The position numbers and the translations under genes are program-made. From Myxococcota bacterium (lineage in GTDB: Bacteria; Myxococcota; B64-G9): DNA of 64,000 nucleotides. Below the pieces are notes generated by a model, which saw only the letters and a list, made by a program, of their open reading frames with translations, was not told the origin of the DNA and did not search any database. The stretch is taken from NCBI GenBank assembly GCA_022710975.1, contig JAKLGA010000013.1, positions 141,363-205,362 on the forward strand, in the 5' to 3' direction. Positions 1 through 8,602 of the stretch are shown piece after piece. The first letter of the stretch is position 1. The number at the start of each line of letters is the position of its first letter.

Positions 1-1034
1 GGGAACACCCGGGCCTGGAAGTTGTTGCCGCCGGCCCACTCGAGCAGCGCCGGGTCCACGTTCTGGCGCACGATCTCCTCGTACACCTCGCGGGCGCGCT
101 TCTGCTCCACCACGCGCGCCTCCTGGCGCGCCTGCCAGCCCTCCCCGCCGCCCGGCGGCGCCGCTCCGACCGGGGCGAAGGCCTCCATGTCCTCGGGCCG
201 GGAGGAGTCGTCCGGCAGCCGCGGCAGGCTGCGCCCGCCCGCGAACAGCCTGGCCGCATCCGCCGGGATGCCGCCGGCGAACATGGCGAAGCCCACCGGA
301 GCGGACTCGGCGGGCAGGGGGAAGTAGAAGGTGCCCTCGATGGCGCGCTCGGCGCGGTTCTCGAACACCGCGTCCACCACGGTGCGGGCCCGCGGCCCTT
401 GCAGGTAGGCGACCACCCGGAGCTCGCGCAGCTCCAGCGGCACGAGCTTGCCCTCCTCGTTGCGCACCAGGACCTTGGGCTCGCGCGGGGCGGCCTGGAC
501 CGCCTTGAGCACGGTCTTGCCGGGCTCGTCGGCGCCGCTCTCGTCGCTCGTGCCGCTGTCCTTGGCGCCCCCAGGGCCGGCCAGCTCGGCCTTCTTGGCC
601 GGGGCCAGGCGCTCGTCGTCGGCCATGTCCATCTTGGCCATCTCGCGCGGTGGCTCGGCCTCCTCACGCATGGCCGCCGGCGCGGAGGGCGCGGGGCGGG
701 CGTCCGCGGGCGCCTCGGCGCCCGCGCTGGCCCCGCCCTCGCTCCCCCCGGCGCGCGCCTCGAGGCGCGCCACCTCGTCCGCGGACAGCTCCTTGGCCTC
801 CGCGATGGCCTCCCGGATGAGCTGCGGATCCAGGGCGGCCGCCCGCGGATCGACGGCGGTCATCTGGGTCGCCGGCGCCTCGAGGTTCTTCGCGCGGAAG
901 GCCTGCACCGCCTTGGCATCCGGCGGGGGGACCGCCGGGCCCTCCACGGGCTGATCCGGCCCGACCTGCGGCGGACAGCCCGCCGCGGCGAGGCACAAAA
1001 GCGCGATCCAGGAGCCGAGGTTCCACTTGCGCAT
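1..1034 (-). CDS. Lipoprotein with VIT-like domain (partial, C-terminus beyond window start)
   Basis: Hand translation of the minus strand from ATG at 1034 gives MRKWNLGSWIALLCLAAAGC (signal peptide plus lipobox). The frame then reads without stops to position 1 and contains VVDAVFENRAERAIEGTFYFPLP, typical of the VIT domain N-terminus. It is absent from the ORF table only because it has no in-window stop. Confidence 0.55.
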   Translation of the reverse strand, partial: MRKWNLGSWIALLCLAAAGCPPQVGPDQPVEGPAVPPPDAKAVQAFRAKNLEAPATQMTAVDPRAAALDPQLIREAIAEAKELSADEVARLEARAGGSEGGASAGAEAPADARPAPSAPAAMREEAEPPREMAKMDMADDERLAPAKKAELAGPGGAKDSGTSDESGADEPGKTVLKAVQAAPREPKVLVRNEEGKLVPLELRELRVVAYLQGPRARTVVDAVFENRAERAIEGTFYFPLPAESAPVGFAMFAGGIPADAARLFAGGRSLPRLPDDSSRPEDMEAFAPVGAAPPGGGEGWQARQEARVVEQKRAREVYEEIVRQNVDPALLEWAGGNNFQARVF

Positions 1035-1062
1035 GCGCCACTCCTTCTCGCCGGCCGGCCGC

Positions 1063-2637
1063 CTAGCGGTCGGCCCAGCGCGCGATCCAGTCTTCGACGG
1101 TCATCTCCGACCCCTGGACCTGGACACCGCGGTCGGCCAGCTCGCCGCCGTCGACCGCCTTCTCCACCGTGCCCCAGTCCCCGCGGGTGTACTTGTACAG
1201 GCAGCTCGCGCCGGGCGGCAGCTCGAGGCTGCCGAACCACAGCCCCTGGCCGAGCTCCCGCAGCGCCAGGCCTGCCCCGTCCCAGGCGCCCAGCTCGGCC
1301 CGATCGCCGGACACCCACACGCCGTTGCCGCCGGGCGTGCCGGCCGGGACGTGGGCGGCGAAGTGGACCAGCGCCTGTCCGTCGTCGCCGATCCACACCG
1401 GCGCCTCGGCCTGCAGCCCCTGCAGCGAGGCCTGCGCGCGCGCCTGGCCCGGGTTCAGCCCGCGCAGCACGCCTCCGGCCCGGACCTCCAGCAGGCCGGG
1501 CTCGCTCGAGGCGAGGCCCACGCGCTCGGCCGGCCAGGTGAGCCGCACGCGACCGTGGCTGGCCTCCACCCCCACCAGCGCCTCGGCCGCGTCCGTGCCC
1601 GGCAGCAGCCGCTGGCGGTGGGCGAAGACGCTGAGCGCGGAGGGGGCCGGGAGGGCCGACCCCAGCAGGAAGGTCAGGACGCTCGGCAGCCGGGCGGCCC
1701 AGGCGGCCTCGTTGTGCAGGGCCAGCGGATCCTCCAGGCAACCGAGGGAGACGGCGTGGGTGAGCCCCTTGGAGAGCCCGAGCGCGCACAGCGCTCGCAG
1801 GTCCTCGACCAGCAGGGACCCGCGCGGGCCCTGATCGCCCTCGCCCGTGCCCATGTCCAGCCACAGGCGCTCGGGCAGGGCGCCCTCGTACGCCTCGAAG
1901 GCGCGGGTGGGGGAGCCGGCGTTCCACCACAGGGACGGGGACAGGCCGGCCACGCGGCCGAACACCTGCGGGTGGCGCAGGCAGGCGTGCAGGCTGATGA
2001 TGCCGCCCAGGCTGGAGCCGCCCAGCGCGGTGTGGCTGCGGTCGGGCAGCGTGCGCAGCTCCCGATCGACGATGGGCTTCAGCACCTCGACCAGGAAGTC
2101 GGCGTAGGCGTCGCCGTTTCCGCCTCCGTGCTGGGGGTCCGGGTCCGGGGTGTAGTCGGACAGGCGCTCGGCGGTGTTGTTCACGCCGATGACCAGGGTC
2201 GGCTCCACCGCGCCCTCGGCCGTGAGCCGATCGAGCACCTCGTCCACCTGCCACTCCACGCCGAAGGCGGCCTGGGCCGCGTCGAACAGGTTCTGGCCGT
2301 CGTGCAGGTAGAGCACGCCGAAGCGCCTGTCCGGCTCCAGCGCGTAGGCCTCGGGCAGGTAGATGGTGGCGCCCCGCGGCAGCAGGCCGGGGTAGGGGAG
2401 CGGGCTGAGCTCGAGGTACCGTCCGTGGGCGGTCAAGGTGTAAGGAGGGAGGTCCACTTCGTCCGATCCGTCCACTTCGTCCGATCCGTCCACTTCGTCC
2501 ACTCCGTCGGATCCGTCCGATCCGTCCGATCCGTCGGATCCGTCCGATCCGTCCGATCCGTCCCATCCGTCGGATCCCTCGCAGGCCGCCCAGCAGAGCG
2601 CCAGGCCGATCCCCAGGCAAGCCGCCAGCGCCTTCAC
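1063..2637 (-). CDS. Secreted esterase (alpha/beta hydrolase, putative-esterase family) with N-terminal acidic SDG repeat and C-terminal CBM20-like domain
   Basis: Internal GTG start (VKALAACLGIGLALCWAAC lipoprotein signal) preceded by GGAGGTGA RBS. Motifs LHDGQNLF and GGSSLGG (GxSxG). C-terminus VWVSGDRAELGAWDGAG...LYKYTRGDWGTVE resembles a starch-binding CBM20. Confidence 0.7.
   Translation of the reverse strand: MKALAACLGIGLALCWAACEGSDGWDGSDGSDGSDGSDGSDGSDGVDEVDGSDEVDGSDEVDLPPYTLTAHGRYLELSPLPYPGLLPRGATIYLPEAYALEPDRRFGVLYLHDGQNLFDAAQAAFGVEWQVDEVLDRLTAEGAVEPTLVIGVNNTAERLSDYTPDPDPQHGGGNGDAYADFLVEVLKPIVDRELRTLPDRSHTALGGSSLGGIISLHACLRHPQVFGRVAGLSPSLWWNAGSPTRAFEAYEGALPERLWLDMGTGEGDQGPRGSLLVEDLRALCALGLSKGLTHAVSLGCLEDPLALHNEAAWAARLPSVLTFLLGSALPAPSALSVFAHRQRLLPGTDAAEALVGVEASHGRVRLTWPAERVGLASSEPGLLEVRAGGVLRGLNPGQARAQASLQGLQAEAPVWIGDDGQALVHFAAHVPAGTPGGNGVWVSGDRAELGAWDGAGLALRELGQGLWFGSLELPPGASCLYKYTRGDWGTVEKAVDGGELADRGVQVQGSEMTVEDWIARWADR
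2452..2578. repeat. Tandem 9/18-bp repeat (tccgatccg/tccacttcg units) encoding (S/V)DG(S/E) acidic repeats inside the esterase gene
   Basis: Direct reading shows gtccgatccgtccacttcg units iterated about 14 times. They translate to SDGWDGSDGSDGSDGSDGSDGSDGVDEVDGSDEVDGSDEVD. Confidence 0.8.
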
Positions 2638-3632
2638 TCGATCACCTCCGTGGCACCCGGGGCCAGGCCGAGCGCCTGCGCCTGCTGGAGGAGCTGGCTG
2701 AGGCGCGCCTCGGCGTGCGTCCGCAGGCTGGCCGCCAGCTCCAGGGCCAGCACGGGGCAGGCCCCCTGGAGCCGCGCGAGCATGCGGTTCGAGGCCCCCA
2801 GCTCCTCGTCTGCCTGGTCGGTCAGGCGTGCGGTGGTCAGGCGCACCTCGGCCTCCAGGGAGGAGAACAGCCGCTGCCACTCGCGCGCCGGCAGGCGCGC
2901 ACGCAGGCCCGCCGCGGCCTGCAGCAGGTCGGTCGCCTCCGGGGTCTTGCGGTCCAGCCAGCTGTCCAGACGCGTGAGCTCTGCCTGCACGGCGGTGCGC
3001 ACGGCCTCGCAGTCAGGCGGCTCGGTCGCCAGGGACCGGTGGAGCGCAGGCAGCACCCGGTCCCGGGCTTCCAGGCCGCGGTGGAACACGGCCTCGGCCA
3101 GCGCGGCCAGCCGGCGGCGCAGCTCCACGCGGGCGGCGCGGGGGCCCCGGCTGGCCACGGCCCGCAGCGCCGAGGTCGGCCGCTCCCGGCGCGCGGCCTC
3201 GAGCAGCCGGTCGGCGCCCGTCCGCAGGCCCGCGTCCGTGCACGGGCCGCGTTGCCTGAGCAGGGTGCGCGTCGGGCCGCCGCGCAGGTCCACGAGTTGC
3301 GCCGTCAGGGCGCAGCGCTCGCCGCTCCGGCGGAGTTCGACGCGCAGCGCCGCGGCTGCGCCCGCGGCGTTGCCCAGCCTGCGGGCGCAGTCCTCGCGGC
3401 TGCAGATCGCGTGGGTGTCCGCCGGGCCGGCCTCCCAGGTCGGGTCCTGGGCCAGCCCGGCGGCCAGGTGGTGGTCGAAGGCGCGCAGGCTGGCCACCGG
3501 CCAGTGCCCGTCGTGGTCCACGACGGGCAGCAGCAGCAGCAGGCTACGGAGCTCGCCGGCCGAGGCCGCGCCAGCCAGCAGGACGAGGGCCAGCCCCGCC
3601 CAGGTGAGCCCGAGGGCGCTCCGCACGCGCAT
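2634..3632 (-). CDS. Hypothetical secreted protein
   Basis: 332-aa ORF with N-terminal signal MRVRSALGLTWAGLALVLLAGAASA. Its stop overlaps the esterase start by 4 bp, suggesting translational coupling. No recognisable domain. Confidence 0.45.
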   Translation of the reverse strand: MRVRSALGLTWAGLALVLLAGAASAGELRSLLLLLPVVDHDGHWPVASLRAFDHHLAAGLAQDPTWEAGPADTHAICSREDCARRLGNAAGAAAALRVELRRSGERCALTAQLVDLRGGPTRTLLRQRGPCTDAGLRTGADRLLEAARRERPTSALRAVASRGPRAARVELRRRLAALAEAVFHRGLEARDRVLPALHRSLATEPPDCEAVRTAVQAELTRLDSWLDRKTPEATDLLQAAAGLRARLPAREWQRLFSSLEAEVRLTTARLTDQADEELGASNRMLARLQGACPVLALELAASLRTHAEARLSQLLQQAQALGLAPGATEVIE

Positions 3633-3709
3633 CTACCTCCGAGGATCGTGAGGAGGGACCGGTCGTGCCGGTCACCCGGGATGGAGCGCCGTCGATCTGC
3701 GGCCGGGGA

Positions 3710-3967
3710 TCAGGTGCCCGAGGACCCGCCGCCTTCGCCGCCCCCGCCGCCCTCGCCGCCGCCCTCGCCGCCCCCGCTCCCGCCGCCGCTCCCGCCGCCC
3801 TCATCCCCGCCGCTGGGATCGCCTTCCTGCTCGGAGTCCGACCAGTCGACGTTGTCGCTGTCGCAGCGACAGGCTCCGGTCAGGGTCAAACCCAAGCCGA
3901 GCGCGAGCAGGGCCGGGAGCGCCAGGAGCCGCCTCCAAGACCTCTTGGAACCCTTCCTTCGAAGCAT
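3710..3967 (-). CDS. Small Gly-rich putative lipoprotein
   Basis: Second ATG preceded by AGGAGA. Signal MLRRKGSKRSWRRLLALPALLALGLGLTLTGAC, then a GGGSGGGEGGG low-complexity tail encoded by a (GCC)n-rich tract. Could be a spurious ORF. Confidence 0.3.
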   Translation of the reverse strand: MLRRKGSKRSWRRLLALPALLALGLGLTLTGACRCDSDNVDWSDSEQEGDPSGGDEGGGSGGGSGGGEGGGEGGGGGEGGGSSGT

Positions 3968-4049
3968 GGTCTCGTCTCCTGCGTAAAGCACCCTTGGAGG
4001 AACAACTGCTTTGCCTCTGGGTTTACCTCAACTCACCCGGCAGTGCAAG

Positions 4050-5411
4050 TCACGCCCGGGGGTCGGCCGGCCCCCGTCCAGCCGCCGGGTCATAGAGCTG
4101 GATCCGGCTGGCCGGCACCCTCCTGGCCAGCCGCGTCATGCCGTGGCGCACCCGCGCCACGATCTCGTCCCGGTCCAGGGTGAGCAGGCGCCGGTCGCGC
4201 ATCAGCACCTTGCCGTCCACGAGGACCGTGCGCACGTCGCTGGCCCGGGCCGCGTACACCAGGCTCGCGGCCGGGGAGTGCAGCGGCTGGTGGTGGGCAC
4301 CGGACAGGTCCACCAGGATGAGGTCGGCCAGGGCCCCGGGCTCCAGCCGGCCGAGATCCTCCGGCAGGCCGTAGACGCGGGCGCTCTCCCGGGTGGCGAT
4401 CCACAGCGCCTCGGCCAGGTTGAGCTCCTGGGGCCGGCCGGTGGCGTGCTTCTGGACCAGCGCGAGCAGCCTCAGGCTCTCCCACAGGTCGAGCGTGTTG
4501 TTGCTGACCGCGCCGTCGCTGGCCAGGCCGACCGGCACGCCCGCGCGGCGCATGGCCACGACCGGAGCCGCGCCCATGGACAGCTTGAGGTAGGTCTTGG
4601 GCGCGTGGGCGACCCCGGCGCCCCGGCGCGCGAGCAGCGCGAGATCCTCCGGGGTGGCGCCGCAGGCGTGGGCCACCAGGGCGGGCCGGGCGAGCAGGCC
4701 GGTGCGCTCGAGCACCTGGATGGGGGTCGCGCCGCAGGCGCGCAGGCTGGCCTCGGTCTGGGCCCGGGTCTCGGCGGCGTGGATGTGCACGCCCAGGCCG
4801 AGGCGCTCGGAGGCGGCGGCCACTGCGCGCAGGAAACCCTCGTCGCAGGTGTAGGGCGCGTGCGGCGCCAGCCAGGTGGTGATGCGACCGGAGGCCGCCC
4901 CGCGGAACTCCTGGGCGAAGCGGCTGGTCTGCTCCACGCCGGCCTGGCCCTGGCTGCCGAACACCGCCCAGCCCAGGGCGGCCCGGGTGCCCGCCTGCTC
5001 GACGGCCCGGGCGGCCAGATCCATGTGGAAGTAGTGGTCCGCCACCGCGGTCACGCCGGCCTCGATCATCTCGGCCAGCCCGAGCTGCATGCCCCAGTAC
5101 ACGTCCTCCGGCTCGAGGTTGGCCTCCAGGGGCCACATGTACTGGTTGAACCAGGTCTCCAGATCGACGTCCTCGGCCAGCCCGCGGAAGAGGACCATGG
5201 GGACGTGGGCGTGGGTGTTCACCAGGCCGGGCATGGCCAGCAGGCCGGAGGCCTCGAGGACCTCGGCCCCGGGGGTCGGGTGGACCTCGGAGGAGGGGCC
5301 GACCTGGGCGATGCGTTGGCCGCGGATGAGCAGGCTCTGGTCCGGGACGAACTCGGTGCGCTGCGCGAGACAGCGCGCGAGCAGGCAACCCCGCACCAGG
5401 ATGTCAGGCAT
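4050..5411 (-). CDS. mtaD: Amidohydrolase, 5-methylthioadenosine/S-adenosylhomocysteine deaminase-like
   Basis: 453 aa. Metal-binding LVNTHAHVPMVLFRG, HIHAAE and ASDGAVSNN motifs are typical of the MtaD / N-ethylammeline chlorohydrolase subgroup of amidohydrolases. Confidence 0.75.
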   Translation of the reverse strand: MPDILVRGCLLARCLAQRTEFVPDQSLLIRGQRIAQVGPSSEVHPTPGAEVLEASGLLAMPGLVNTHAHVPMVLFRGLAEDVDLETWFNQYMWPLEANLEPEDVYWGMQLGLAEMIEAGVTAVADHYFHMDLAARAVEQAGTRAALGWAVFGSQGQAGVEQTSRFAQEFRGAASGRITTWLAPHAPYTCDEGFLRAVAAASERLGLGVHIHAAETRAQTEASLRACGATPIQVLERTGLLARPALVAHACGATPEDLALLARRGAGVAHAPKTYLKLSMGAAPVVAMRRAGVPVGLASDGAVSNNTLDLWESLRLLALVQKHATGRPQELNLAEALWIATRESARVYGLPEDLGRLEPGALADLILVDLSGAHHQPLHSPAASLVYAARASDVRTVLVDGKVLMRDRRLLTLDRDEIVARVRHGMTRLARRVPASRIQLYDPAAGRGPADPRA

Positions 5412-5432
5412 GGGCAGGCGCGGACAGCGGGC

Positions 5433-5762
5433 TCAGTGGACGCCCATCTCCTGGCGCAGCTGCCGCTCCGCCTCGAGCCAGTGCTCCATGTCGTGCCCGG
5501 GCTGCCGGCCCTGGAGCTCCCAGATCAGGTAGGCGCGCTCTGCGATCTGCTGGTTGGTCGGCTTGGCACCCGCGGGGGCCTTGGGGGTCGCCTTGCCGTG
5601 GCCAGGAGGCACGTGGACCGGGGTGGTCACCTTCTTGGCCTGCTGCTTGGCCTGCTCCGCCGCGGCGGCTGCCTTGGCGCAGCAGGGCTGCTCCTTGCCG
5701 TTCCCATCCCGGTTGCCGTTGCCGTTCGTCCTCTGCGTGGGCCGCTTGGTCGTGGTCGCCAT
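5433..5762 (-). CDS. DUF2934-domain small protein
   Basis: Internal ATG (MATTTKRP...) preceded by AGGAGGAG. The C-terminus AERAYLIWELQGRQPGHDMEHWLEAERQL carries the HWLEAE signature of DUF2934. N-terminal half is basic and N/G-rich. Confidence 0.65.
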   Translation of the reverse strand: MATTTKRPTQRTNGNGNRDGNGKEQPCCAKAAAAAEQAKQQAKKVTTPVHVPPGHGKATPKAPAGAKPTNQQIAERAYLIWELQGRQPGHDMEHWLEAERQLRQEMGVH

Positions 5763-6079
5763 CCTGCTACTCCTCCTTCGACAGCGGAAGGTCCCTCGGC
5801 GAACAAGCCGTTCGGCGCCTGCGCCTAGCCGCGAGGCCCCGCCGGACCTTCTCACCCGTTCGCGGGCCATTGTAGGCAGGCAATCTCAAAATGCAACCAG
5901 AATCTGCCATTGACTCGAAAATAGGGTGACTTTCGCGTCAACTCGACCCCGCGTGGAGGTGATAACACACTGTTTTCGGGATTGAATTTTGTGTTCCATT
6001 GTCCCACCTGGGAACACATGCCGCGGTGTGTCAATTTACCCGTGATCCGGAGCCTGCCTGCCTCTCGGCGCCGGGAGGC

Positions 6080-6107
6080 TTGATTCCCCGGGCACCCTGG
6101 CTACAAT
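6080..6107 (+). promoter_or_regulatory. Putative sigma70-like promoter (TTGATT-16nt-TACAAT) giving a leaderless transcript for the 6115 gene
   Basis: -35 TTGATT at 6080-6085, 16-nt spacer, -10 TACAAT at 6102-6107, ATG at 6115 only 7 nt downstream and no RBS. Sits in a locally lower-GC intergenic region. Confidence 0.3.
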
Positions 6108-6114
6108 CCGCCCC

Positions 6115-7137
6115 ATGTCACGACTCCACCTCGGCTCGCTGTCCCTCGCTCTGGTCGCGACCTGCCTGGCGCCCCCGGCCCGGTCCGAGCCCGCGCCGGC
6201 CCTGGCTCCCCTGTCGGCGGAGGAGGTGGCGGCCCTGGCCGGGGTGCGCGCCGATCCCCCTCCCGAGGAGCTCTCGAAGGGGCTGCACTTCATCGTGTCG
6301 GACGAGAAGCGGCACTACCTCTTCCAGCCGACCGTGCAGGATCTCGGCGGGGTGATGATCGGCTTGGGCACCGACCAGAACTACACCCTGGCCGGCTGGG
6401 CGAGGCCGGAGCTGCTGGTGCTGCTCGACTTCGACCAGATGGTGGTCGATCTGCACAAGGTCTACCGGCTGGTGTTCCTGGCCGCGGCCAGCCCCGAGGA
6501 GTTCCTGGAGCTGTGGTCCTTCCGCAAGGCCAAGGAGCTGCGCAAGCTGGTCACCACGGCCTATCCGCGCAAGGCCGAGCAGAAGGACATCTTCTTTGCC
6601 CTGAACAACTCGCGCGCGACGGTGGCCAAGAACTTCAAGGACGTGATGGAGCGCTACCGCCAGGTGGGCGTGCCCATGTTCCTGACTGCGCCCGACCAGT
6701 ACGCCCACCTGCGCGCGCTGTTCCAGGCCGACCGCGTGCTGATGGTGCGCGGCGATCTCACCGCGACCCGGACCCTGGCCGACCTGGCCCGGGTGCTCAA
6801 GGCCCAGGGCCGCGTGGTGCGCGCGCTGTACCTGTCCAACGCCGAGCAGTACTTCAACTACACCCGGGCCTTCCGCGACAACGTGCTGGGGCTGCCCTAC
6901 GACGAGCGCTCCTGGATCCTGCGCACCCGGCCCCGGGGCTTCGAGTACATCTACCTGGCCCAGCGGCCGGACGTGCTGCGGGCCTGGCTCGAGGACCGGC
7001 GCACCTGGAACGTGCGGGTCCTCGCGCCCCGCAAGCTGCTGTCGGTCCAGCGGCCCTTCCAGGTGCTCGCGGCGCTCCCGCCGCCGCCGCCCCCGCCCAG
7101 GCCGAAGAAGGCCCGCGCGGCGCCGCCAAATCCTTGA
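6115..7137 (+). CDS. Hypothetical secreted protein with C-terminal poly-Pro/basic tail
   Basis: 340 aa. Signal MSRLHLGSLSLALVATCLAPPARS, natural composition, ends ...LPPPPPPPRPKKARAAPPNP. No domain recognised. Confidence 0.6.
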   Translation: MSRLHLGSLSLALVATCLAPPARSEPAPALAPLSAEEVAALAGVRADPPPEELSKGLHFIVSDEKRHYLFQPTVQDLGGVMIGLGTDQNYTLAGWARPELLVLLDFDQMVVDLHKVYRLVFLAAASPEEFLELWSFRKAKELRKLVTTAYPRKAEQKDIFFALNNSRATVAKNFKDVMERYRQVGVPMFLTAPDQYAHLRALFQADRVLMVRGDLTATRTLADLARVLKAQGRVVRALYLSNAEQYFNYTRAFRDNVLGLPYDERSWILRTRPRGFEYIYLAQRPDVLRAWLEDRRTWNVRVLAPRKLLSVQRPFQVLAALPPPPPPPRPKKARAAPPNP

Positions 7138-7161
7138 CGGACCGGCGGCGCTTCACGCACG

Positions 7162-8598
7162 ATGGGCCACGAGGAGCGCTTGGAGTCGAACCACGCACAG
7201 ACGCCCCCGCAGGGGTGCGCCGAGCAGCCTCAGCCGCCCCGCGTGCTGGGGGGGATGTCCTCGTTCGCCGTGGTGGCGGGCAGCATGCTGGGCATCGGCA
7301 TCTTCCTGGCCCCGCCCATCGTCGCCCGCCTGGTCGAGTCGCCGCTGGCCTTCTACGCGCTGTGGGTGGTGGGCGGGCTGACCGCGCTCGGCGGCGCGGT
7401 GGCCTGCGCCGAGCTGGCCACCATGTTCCCGCGCTGCGGCGGCGACTACGTGTTCCAGCGCGAGGCCTTCGGCCCCTCGGTGGCCTTCGCCTCGGGCTGG
7501 GTGCTCCTGGCCGCGGTGTTCGCCGGCTCGATCGCCTCCATCGCGGTGGGCCTGTGCACCTACCAGCTCCCCACGCTCCTGGGCGTGGATCTCGCCCAGC
7601 CCCTGTGGCTCGGCCCCTTCGGCCTGCGGGTGACCCCGGCCCAGCTCCTGGGCATCGGCCTGGTGCTCGCCCTGACCGGGGTGAACCACCTGGGCGCCCG
7701 GCCGGCGGGCTGGCTGCAGATGGTGACCACGCTGGTGCCGGTGGGGCTGCTGCTGGTCGGCGCGGTGTACGTGCTGGGCTTCTCGCCGCTCGGGCGCTTC
7801 CACGAGGCCGCGCCGCCGCTGACCCAGGGCTTCAGCTGGCTCGCGCTGGTGGGCGCCTACCTGCCCATCTACTTCGCCTTCTCCGGCTGGAACAGCGTCA
7901 TCTACCTGGCCGGCGAGGTGCAGCGCCCGAACCGCAACCTGCCGCGCGGCCTGGTGCTGGGCACGCTGGTGGTGACCGGCCTGTACCTGCTGATGTGCAG
8001 CGGCTTCCTGCAGGCCCTGGGGCTGGGCGGGCTGCGCGAGGTGGGTGAGGCGGGCTCGGCCAGCGCGCTGGCGGTGGGCGGGCGGGTGGCCGAGCTGGCG
8101 GTGACGGTGTGCGTGGCCATCACCATGCTGGCCTGCCTGAATGGCTCGATCCTGGGCAGCGCCCGGGTGGCCTTCGCCATGGGGCAGGGCGGCGCCTTCT
8201 GGAGGCGGGTGGGCGTGCTGAACTCCCGCCGCGGCGTGCCCGGGCTGGCGCTGTGGCTGCAGGCCGGCTGGTCCTCGGTGCTGATCCTGTCCAACTCCTT
8301 CGAGCAGATCCTGAACTTGGTGTCCGTGGCCATGCTGCTGTCGGGCTCGCTCACCGTGGCGTCCCTGTTCGTGCTGCGGCGCCGGCAGCCGCACGCCCCG
8401 CGCCCCTTCATGGCCTGGGGCTACCCGGTCCTGCCGCTGCTGTACCTCATCTCCAGCGGCGCGGTGATCGGCGCGCTGCTCTACAAGGTGTTCACCCTCG
8501 AGCCGGGCGCGCTCTACCCGCTGTTCGGGCTCGGCATCCTGGGGGTCACCTACCTGGCCCACCGGCTGCGCCCGGGGCGCTCCACCGGGCAGGCCTGA
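7162..8598 (+). CDS. APC-family amino acid permease
   Basis: 478 aa with about 12 hydrophobic segments. GIGIFLAPP, GGDYVF and FSGW motifs are typical of APC transporters. Start may be further downstream. Confidence 0.8.
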   Translation: MGHEERLESNHAQTPPQGCAEQPQPPRVLGGMSSFAVVAGSMLGIGIFLAPPIVARLVESPLAFYALWVVGGLTALGGAVACAELATMFPRCGGDYVFQREAFGPSVAFASGWVLLAAVFAGSIASIAVGLCTYQLPTLLGVDLAQPLWLGPFGLRVTPAQLLGIGLVLALTGVNHLGARPAGWLQMVTTLVPVGLLLVGAVYVLGFSPLGRFHEAAPPLTQGFSWLALVGAYLPIYFAFSGWNSVIYLAGEVQRPNRNLPRGLVLGTLVVTGLYLLMCSGFLQALGLGGLREVGEAGSASALAVGGRVAELAVTVCVAITMLACLNGSILGSARVAFAMGQGGAFWRRVGVLNSRRGVPGLALWLQAGWSSVLILSNSFEQILNLVSVAMLLSGSLTVASLFVLRRRQPHAPRPFMAWGYPVLPLLYLISSGAVIGALLYKVFTLEPGALYPLFGLGILGVTYLAHRLRPGRSTGQA

Positions 8599-8602
8599 AG
8601 AG

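Noticed and set aside
399-1541. 380-aa plus-strand ORF
   Set aside because: R/G/A/P-dominated with no hydrophobic core (RGGRGAGVRGRLGARAGP...). It is antisense to the well-formed VIT lipoprotein gene, a typical high-GC shadow ORF.
860-2620. 586-aa minus-strand ORF
   Set aside because: Alternative frame of the esterase gene. Translation is a poly-R/G/P string, while the 1063..2637 frame contains real esterase motifs.
1027-3651. 874-aa plus-strand ORF
   Set aside because: Antisense to the esterase and upstream secreted-protein genes. Low-complexity A/R/G/P/S composition.
4011-5828. 605-aa plus ORF and 432-aa minus ORF (4090..5388)
   Set aside because: Antisense and alternative frames of the MtaD-like amidohydrolase. 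Only the 4050..5411 frame carries the amidohydrolase metal-binding motifs.
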